A stretch of DNA of 12,887 nt, taken from the NCBI GenBank assembly GCA_049599895.1, contig JBMYPC010000089.1:1-12887 (forward strand). Reading direction: 5' to 3'. Under the pieces are notes generated by a model. The model ran no database searches, was not told where the DNA came from, and saw only the letters and a list, made by a program, of their open reading frames with translations. Shown here one piece after another: positions 7,416 through 12,887 of this stretch. Source of the stretch: Bacteriovoracaceae bacterium. GTDB taxonomy: Bacteria > Bdellovibrionota > Bacteriovoracia > Bacteriovoracales > Bacteriovoracaceae. The translations under genes and the position numbers were made by a program. Each line of letters begins with the position of its first letter. The stretch's first letter is position 1.

Positions 7416-8291
7416 ATGAGGATAAAAGATAACATTTTGAACGATAAAACAAAAAACAATAAAGTGTATGACTTCTTTTCAAACTATATTTTCCAGACTT
7501 CTGGAATTTATTTTAAGCCTGAGGACTACTACCGCCTAGATGCGAGACTCAAAGCTTTGTGTGAACATTACGGGCTTGAAACGTATGAACAACTTCATCA
7601 AAAGTTTCTGACCAATATCGGCGCAGAAATGCATTCTAAACTTGTTGATGTTGCAACCAATAATGAAACTTATTTTTTTAGAGACAATAAACCCTTTGAT
7701 GCCTTTAGTAAGTCAGTCGTTCCCGAACTTCTTAAAGCCTCTCCTTTTTCCAAGGTTAAAATTTGGTCTTGTGGTTGCAGTTCAGGTCAGGAACCTTATA
7801 GTATGCTCATTTCACTTATTGAAAGGAGCGTCGATGTCTCTCGAGTTGAAATTACTGCAACAGATATTTCCAATGAAATTTTAGATAAGGCCAAAAGCGG
7901 GCTTTATAACTCAATCGAAATTCAAAGGGGCTTGCCTGCTCCACTTTTGATCAAGTACTTCAAAAAAGAGGGCGATCTTTGGAAAATTTCTGACAATTTA
8001 ACTTCGAAAGTCACTTTTAAAAAATTCAATATTATTAAAGACCTTTATCTTTCAAATTCTTATGACATTGTCTTTTGCCGAAATGTTGTCATTTATCAAA
8101 ATACAGAGAACAAAAGATTTGCCCTTACATCTCTTTTTAATTCCCTTAAGCCTGATGGTTACCTCTTCCTTGGAGCAGGTGAAAGTTTAATTGGAACAAA
8201 ATTACCTTATGAGAATGTTTCTTTGAATGGAGCTAACATATATAAAAAAAATACCTCTACAGACTCAGACAAAGAGAAAAAGACTACCTAG
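7416..8291 (+). CDS. cheR: Chemotaxis protein methyltransferase CheR
   Basis: TNNETYFFRD, KIWSCGCSSGQEPYS, ATDIS, DIVFCRNVVIY, GYLFLGAGES motifs. Confidence 0.97.
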   Translation: MRIKDNILNDKTKNNKVYDFFSNYIFQTSGIYFKPEDYYRLDARLKALCEHYGLETYEQLHQKFLTNIGAEMHSKLVDVATNNETYFFRDNKPFDAFSKSVVPELLKASPFSKVKIWSCGCSSGQEPYSMLISLIERSVDVSRVEITATDISNEILDKAKSGLYNSIEIQRGLPAPLLIKYFKKEGDLWKISDNLTSKVTFKKFNIIKDLYLSNSYDIVFCRNVVIYQNTENKRFALTSLFNSLKPDGYLFLGAGESLIGTKLPYENVSLNGANIYKKNTSTDSDKEKKTT

Positions 8292-8293
8292 TT

Positions 8294-9265
8294 ATGCATG
8301 ACGAATCGATGCTTGAAGAATTCTATCACGAAGTGGCTTGCTTGCTTGAAGAAGCTGAGCAGGCAATTTTAGATATTGACTCAACAGGCGACTTCCAAGC
8401 AAGCTATAACAAAGTATTTAGAGCTTTTCACAGTATCAAAGGTGCTGCGGGAATGTTCGAATTTCAAAACCTTCAATCTCATTTCCATCTTCTTGAGAAT
8501 TTTTGGGAAGCGCAAAAAGACAAGCAAACGGTCCCTGAGGATATCATTGACTATTTTCTAAAAGGTATTGATGTCTCCAAAAGAATTCTTAATGGTGATG
8601 AAGTTGACTACCCTCCATATGGAGAAGCAAAGAAAAACAATAAAAAACTCGATATTGAGCTCGCTCCTGCCACACATGCAGAGGATCGTTCTCAAGCAAC
8701 AAAAGCAACGAAACCTCAAAGTTCTTCAAAGGATGTCCATATCTTAGTCGTCAATGATGAAGAAGATATTTGTGAATGTATTCATGACATTCTTGTTGAT
8801 ACAGAAAATTACAAAATTAAAACTTTAACAGACAATCCTTCGGCTTTAGACTATATTAAAGAAAACCACCAACCGATTGATCTTATTTTCTCTGATCTTA
8901 AAATGCCAAATTTTGATGGACTGACCCTTATATCTGAAGTTCATAAGATCCGTCCCTTTCTGCCAATTATACTTGTAAGTAGTCATCTCAATGCCGATAT
9001 CATTATTGATGCTCTTTCTAAGGGTGCATCAGGCTCTATTAATAAACCTTTTGACCCTGAAGTCATTCTCAACATGGTAGATCATAACATTAAAAAATAT
9101 AAAACTTTTAAAGTACTTAAACTCAGCATTGATTGCCTTTTTTACCAATATAACGATATCGATCGCTACCTCAGTGAAAAAGGTCTCGACAGTATAAGAA
9201 CATCAATGAAGAGCCAAATTAAAGACATTCTCAGTCAATTTAATGAACTAAAGAACGCATCATAA
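8294..9265 (+). CDS. Hpt-receiver fusion protein (CheA-P1-like Hpt, REC, helical tail; no kinase domain)
   Basis: VFRAFH46SIKGAAGMF Hpt motif; REC with ILVVNDE, IFSD201LKMPNFDG, ILVSS, INKPF; no HATPase motifs. Confidence 0.88.
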   Translation: MHDESMLEEFYHEVACLLEEAEQAILDIDSTGDFQASYNKVFRAFHSIKGAAGMFEFQNLQSHFHLLENFWEAQKDKQTVPEDIIDYFLKGIDVSKRILNGDEVDYPPYGEAKKNNKKLDIELAPATHAEDRSQATKATKPQSSSKDVHILVVNDEEDICECIHDILVDTENYKIKTLTDNPSALDYIKENHQPIDLIFSDLKMPNFDGLTLISEVHKIRPFLPIILVSSHLNADIIIDALSKGASGSINKPFDPEVILNMVDHNIKKYKTFKVLKLSIDCLFYQYNDIDRYLSEKGLDSIRTSMKSQIKDILSQFNELKNAS

Positions 9266-9310
9266 TTAATTTTCCTCTTATCTAAGAGGCTTTGCAAGGA
9301 GAGAAATAAA

Positions 9311-10882
9311 ATGAGTAAGCAAGCGACAGCAATGAAAGAATCAGTGTATGACACCGACGCAATGAGACTTCATGAACTAGAAGGTATTTATGCGGCTTTT
9401 TCAAAGTATAGTGCAATTATCGAGTTTGATGTTGATGGAAATATCTATACTGCCAATGAAAATTTCTTGGGAGCACTTGGTTACTCATTAGGTGAAATAG
9501 AGAATAAACATCATAGCATGTTTTGTGACCCAACATTTTCAAGTTCATTAGAATATAAAAACTTTTGGGCACAACTTAAGCAAGGAAATTTCCAGCACGG
9601 TGAATTCCGTAGAGTAAAAAAAGATGGCGGAGATATCTGGATCCAAGCTTTATACAGCCCTATTACTGACACTTCAGGTAATGTCGTTAAGGTTGTTAAA
9701 ATCGCCAATGATATTACTCAAATGAAGATTAACTCTCAAATGAAGCAAATGATCGACCTCGCTCCAGTAAACGTAATGCTTGCAACTACTGAAGGAAAAA
9801 TTACGTACATGAACGATAAGACAAAAACAACTCTCAGAACTCTTGAGCACTTGCTTCCAGACAAAGTTGACAATCTTATTGGTCAAAGCATTGATATCTT
9901 TCACAAGAACCCTTCACACCAACAGAAAATTATCGGTGATCCTATGAACCTTCCGATGAGGTCACTTATTTCATTAGGTAAAGAAAAACTCGATCTTGTT
10001 GTTTCAGCTGTGAGAGATACGGATGGAAGTTATATCGGGCCAATGGTTACCTGGGACGTTGTAACGGCAAAAGAACAACTCGTGAAAGACCTTACCTCAA
10101 GCTCTGAAGATCTTGCAGCATCAGGAGAACAGCTTCTCACTCTCGCTAATACAATGACAGCAAATGCAGAAGAGACTTCAGCTCAATCTAATACAGCAAG
10201 TGCCGCATCAGAAGAAATCACAGGTGGGATTCAATCAGTTGCAGCAAGTATGGAAGAGATGAGTGCTTCTATTAAAGAAATTACAAAGTCGACGAATGAA
10301 AGTTCAAAGCGAAGTAATGAGGCAATGAAGCTTGCTGAAGATGCAAACAAAATTATGCAAGCTCTTGGTGATAGTAGTACGGATATTGGAAACGTTATCA
10401 AAGTGATTACTTCAATTGCTCAGCAAACAAACCTTCTTGCTCTCAACGCAACGATTGAAGCAGCACGAGCTGGTGAAGCAGGTAAAGGTTTTGCCGTTGT
10501 TGCGAATGAGGTTAAGGAACTTGCCAAGCAAACAGCCACTGCAACAGAAGATATCTCACAAAGGATTGAAGCAATTCAAGAAGACAGTCAATCAGCAGTT
10601 TCAGCGATTGAAACCATCAATGGTTCTATCAATGAGCTAAACGCAATTGCTTCAAATATCGCTTCTAGCGTTGAGGAACAAGCCGCAACGACTGGAGAAG
10701 TTTCAAGAATTGTTCAAGAATCAGCGCAAGGCGTGAAACAGATTACAGACAATATTGGCCAAGTGACTGTCGCTGCTACAGAAACTGGAAAAGGTTCACA
10801 CCAAACAAAAGAGTCTGCACAAAACCTTAATGAGATTGCAAGAAAACTAAAAGGTCTAGTAGAAAGTATCTCAAACAGCTAA
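9311..10882 (+). CDS. Soluble methyl-accepting chemotaxis protein with two PAS domains
   Basis: No TM segment; PAS1 ([19 protein letters not shown]...HHSMFC...FW...WIQALYSPI); PAS2 (PVNVMLA...[11 protein letters not shown]...VTWDV); signalling tip [46 protein letters not shown]. Confidence 0.96.
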   Translation: MSKQATAMKESVYDTDAMRLHELEGIYAAFSKYSAIIEFDVDGNIYTANENFLGALGYSLGEIENKHHSMFCDPTFSSSLEYKNFWAQLKQGNFQHGEFRRVKKDGGDIWIQALYSPITDTSGNVVKVVKIANDITQMKINSQMKQMIDLAPVNVMLATTEGKITYMNDKTKTTLRTLEHLLPDKVDNLIGQSIDIFHKNPSHQQKIIGDPMNLPMRSLISLGKEKLDLVVSAVRDTDGSYIGPMVTWDVVTAKEQLVKDLTSSSEDLAASGEQLLTLANTMTANAEETSAQSNTASAASEEITGGIQSVAASMEEMSASIKEITKSTNESSKRSNEAMKLAEDANKIMQALGDSSTDIGNVIKVITSIAQQTNLLALNATIEAARAGEAGKGFAVVANEVKELAKQTATATEDISQRIEAIQEDSQSAVSAIETINGSINELNAIASNIASSVEEQAATTGEVSRIVQESAQGVKQITDNIGQVTVAATETGKGSHQTKESAQNLNEIARKLKGLVESISNS

Positions 10883-10908
10883 TTTAATAAAAATTTCTCT
10901 CATTTTCT

Positions 10909-10937
10909 AAGGGGACCGTCGGTCCCCTTTTTTATTT
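10909..10937 (+). terminator. Rho-independent terminator of the cheB-MCP arm
   Basis: AAGGGGACC-GTC-GGTCCCCTT hairpin followed by a T-rich run, 26 nt after the MCP stop. Confidence 0.9.
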
Positions 10938-10946
10938 CTCAAACTA

Positions 10947-11063
10947 ATGTTACTTTATAAATATGGACCTCTCAGAAGAGTCTTAATCAATGGCTACGCC
11001 TATCCTGGAGCAAATCACTACAAATGTCCAGGAAAAGAATCGGGACGAGAGCTTTCTCTTTAA
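10947..11063 (+). pseudogene. Short ORF, probably the 3' remnant of a lost gene (possibly PhyH-type dioxygenase C-terminus)
   Basis: MLLYKYGPLRRVLINGYAYPGANHYKCPGKESGRELSL*; its TAA (11061-11063) overlaps the convergent LysR stop (11060-11062). The family guess is from memory only. Confidence 0.4.
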
Positions 11064-11761
11064 TGAATTTTATTGATAAAAAAGTCGATGACTTCTCTTG
11101 AAGCAAGGTCATGTCTTCTGTCTTTTAAAAAGGCCAGGCTAATTTGATTTTCAAGCTTCCCTTTTGGACCTTTAAGCTTCACGATCTCTTTTTGTTTTTT
11201 CCCTAGAGTACTAAGACGATAATTGGGAAGAACTCCAGCTCCCACATGATTGAGAACAAGCTTTTCGATCCCTTGAACATCCATAAGAGTTGCAACAACA
11301 TTAAGATTTGGCTTTTTTCCTTTAAAGTGAAACTGAAGCCATTGCTGGATGACCGGTGTATCTTTAAGATAAGCAATATAGTTTAAAGACTCAAAAAACT
11401 CTTTGTCATGCTTTCTCTTTTTCTTTTTTAAAAAATCATAATATTTTTTACTCACACAAAGCTCTACCGTTTCTCGATAAACCGGAGTCAAGACGATTGA
11501 AGCATCTGTTTCAAACGAATCAAAAAACGCCATATCAAGAGATCTCTCTTGTAAAAGTCTTTGCATCTCAGCCGTGTGTCCATACGTAATTTGAAACTTA
11601 AGCAATGGGTTTTTCTGTTGAAATTCAGCAATAAAAAGACTTTGCCTGTGACGTAGGAATAATTTTCTTTCCAATTCGATCGAATAAAGGTGTTTCGAAA
11701 ATCCCCAAGAATGATTTATTGTCAAACAGCTCAGTAGGATCACAAAAACAAAAGTTTTCAA
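11060..11761 (-). pseudogene. Rearranged LysR-type regulator: effector-binding domain, wing fragment in another frame, no recognisable HTH
   Basis: FIAEFQQKNPLLKFQITYGHT...LDMAF...VGAGVLP is a LysR substrate-binding domain; the wing motif ETPLFDRIGKKIIPTSQAK lies in the 11625-11810 frame; the linker helix and first strand of the domain are missing. Confidence 0.75.
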
Positions 11762-11853
11762 AGATTAAGTCTCCAAAATTTAACTTTAAATTCAAGAAGA
11801 CTTCTAGCACTCCGCTTAAGATTCAAGGAACTTATTTATTTTCATGAGAAATG

Positions 11854-11887
11854 ATAAGTTTAACTTATGCAAACTAAGTCTAACTTG
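11854..11887. promoter_or_regulatory. LysR-type T-N11-A palindrome with a degenerate second copy
   Basis: Perfect 7-1-7 inverted repeat ATAAGTT-T-AACTTAT (11854-11868); similar TAAGTCTAACTTG at 11875-11887; upstream of the LysR remnant. Confidence 0.6.
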
Positions 11888-11913
11888 CTGATCTTATGTT
11901 ATCTCTCTAACAA

Positions 11914-12887
11914 TTAAGAGATAATATCATCACCACCCAGGTCTGAATTATTGATATCATCAGCTATATTCTCAGTGGAGTCCGTTTCAAACTCTATATC
12001 TTGCTCATCAGAGCTCGCTTCACTGAAGGCCTCCCAAAGATCAGAAGTACTCTCATTTGAACTAGCCGACTCAATAATTTCATCCCAAGAAGACTCTTGG
12101 ACTTCAAAGCTATCAAGGGCCAAGGCATCTTCACCAGCTCCAATATCCTGAGCGTCACTAAAAATGTCATCAAAACTCTGAGTCCCATCTCGAAACTTCA
12201 AATTATCAATATCTTCAATGACAACCTGTCCATCTCTTCCAGCAACAGAGTCTTGGATCACAAGATTATCCCCACTCTTTAAGAATTCATAATCTCTCAA
12301 TCTTCCGGAAAAATTAAGAGTATCTGTACCACTTCCACCACTTACGTAATCATTTCCACTACCAGCGTAAATTTGATCATCACCGCTACCACCGAGGATA
12401 TAATCATCTCCTTCACCACCATAAAGAAGATCATTACCTTGACCACCACTTAAAAGATCATCACCTGCTTCTCCGTAGAGACGGTCATTACCTTTATTTC
12501 CATCAAGGTTATTGCCATCATCATTACCATATAATCGGTCATCGCCTTTACCGCCATCGACCTCAGCAATCCCCTCAAGTTCTGTGTTTCTTAAATCAAT
12601 GGTGTTATTGCTATTATCCCCTCGGACTTCACTGTCACCATCTCCGACGATCTTTTCAATTGAGTTTCCACGACCAAAGCTTTGATCAATGGTTAAGTCT
12701 GAATCAGTTTGAATGGTGTCTTCACCACTTCCACCGTAGTACTGATCTTTTCCTTCAGCAATGAAGGTATCATTACCATCACCACCGTAAAGCTTATCAG
12801 TTCCACTTCCCCCTTCTAGGGTATCGTTTCCATCACCACCATAAAGAAGATCATTACCTTGACCACCACTTAAAAGATCATCACCTG
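11914..12887 (-). CDS. 3' end of a large RTX (Ca2+-binding nonapeptide repeat) protein, probable type I secretion substrate (5' end outside window)
   Basis: Frame open from the right edge to TAA 11916-11914; many GGxGxDxLx repeats (GGQGNDLLY, GGDGNDTLE, GGSGTDKLY, GGKGDDRLY, GGEGDDYIL, GGSGDDQIY), then DYEF...DG...IDNLKFRDG as seen at RTX protein ends. The track ORF 11914-12300 is only its tail. Confidence 0.93.
   Translation of the reverse strand, partial: GDDLLSGGQGNDLLYGGDGNDTLEGGSGTDKLYGGDGNDTFIAEGKDQYYGGSGEDTIQTDSDLTIDQSFGRGNSIEKIVGDGDSEVRGDNSNNTIDLRNTELEGIAEVDGGKGDDRLYGNDDGNNLDGNKGNDRLYGEAGDDLLSGGQGNDLLYGGEGDDYILGGSGDDQIYAGSGNDYVSGGSGTDTLNFSGRLRDYEFLKSGDNLVIQDSVAGRDGQVVIEDIDNLKFRDGTQSFDDIFSDAQDIGAGEDALALDSFEVQESSWDEIIESASSNESTSDLWEAFSEASSDEQDIEFETDSTENIADDINNSDLGGDDIIS
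12413..12887. repeat. Exact direct repeat, at least 55 bp, 420 bp apart (12413-12467 = 12833-12887)
   Basis: tcaccaccataaagaagatcattaccttgaccaccacttaaaagatcatcacctg occurs twice; the second copy is cut by the window edge; offset is 140 codons. Confidence 0.93.

Noticed and set aside
7416..8291. Pentapeptide-dependent CheR tethered to the cluster MCP
   Set aside because: The MCP ends in VESISNS with no aromatic pentapeptide, and the CheR beta-subdomain (KYFKKEGDLWKI) looks like the short, tether-independent type.
744..10640. Short overlapping or antisense ORFs (e.g. 744-1052, 799-987, 2796-3002, 2953-3156, 3401-3586, 4082-4339, 5083-5292, 5184-5438, 6521-6748, 6719-6919, 7034-7237, 7174-7482, 7642-7884, 8376-8561, 9511-9708, 9674-9904, 10416-10640)
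   Set aside because: Shadows of well-supported genes with no recognisable motifs.
10900..11913. Mobile element as the cause of the relic region
   Set aside because: No transposase or integrase fragment, terminal inverted repeats or target-site duplication seen.
11951..12282. ORFs 11951-12151, 11994-12188 and 12097-12282
   Set aside because: Antisense or alternative-frame shadows of the RTX gene tail.

Overview
AT-rich bacterial window (Bdellovibrionota-like by protein style; inference only) dominated by a chemosensory cluster in two divergent arms around a ~150 bp intergenic region (4726-4879). Minus arm: hybrid cheA (Hpt-dimer-HATPase-CheW-CheW-REC), cheW, a degraded REC/CheW-like segment with an in-frame TGA, cheY, and a gene missing from the ORF track (GTG at 721) encoding an atypical receiver followed by tandem ADWSL repeats that runs off the left edge. 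Plus arm: cheB, an unannotated protein with four 29-aa MshEN-like repeats plus an Hpt-like domain, a second cheY, cheR, a kinase-less Hpt-REC protein, and a soluble PAS-PAS chemoreceptor whose second PAS is Aer2-type, followed by an intrinsic terminator. To the right are a relic region (3' stub of a lost gene, a rearranged LysR gene fused to a signal-peptide-like leader, a LysR-type palindrome) and the 3' end of a large RTX-repeat protein with a 420-bp-spaced exact repeat and a very acidic tail. The best candidate for an undescribed system is the accessory gene set in this F5-like cluster (MshEN-like/Hpt, Hpt-REC, REC-ADWSL), suggesting a branched phosphorelay. All family assignments are by eye; no searches were run.
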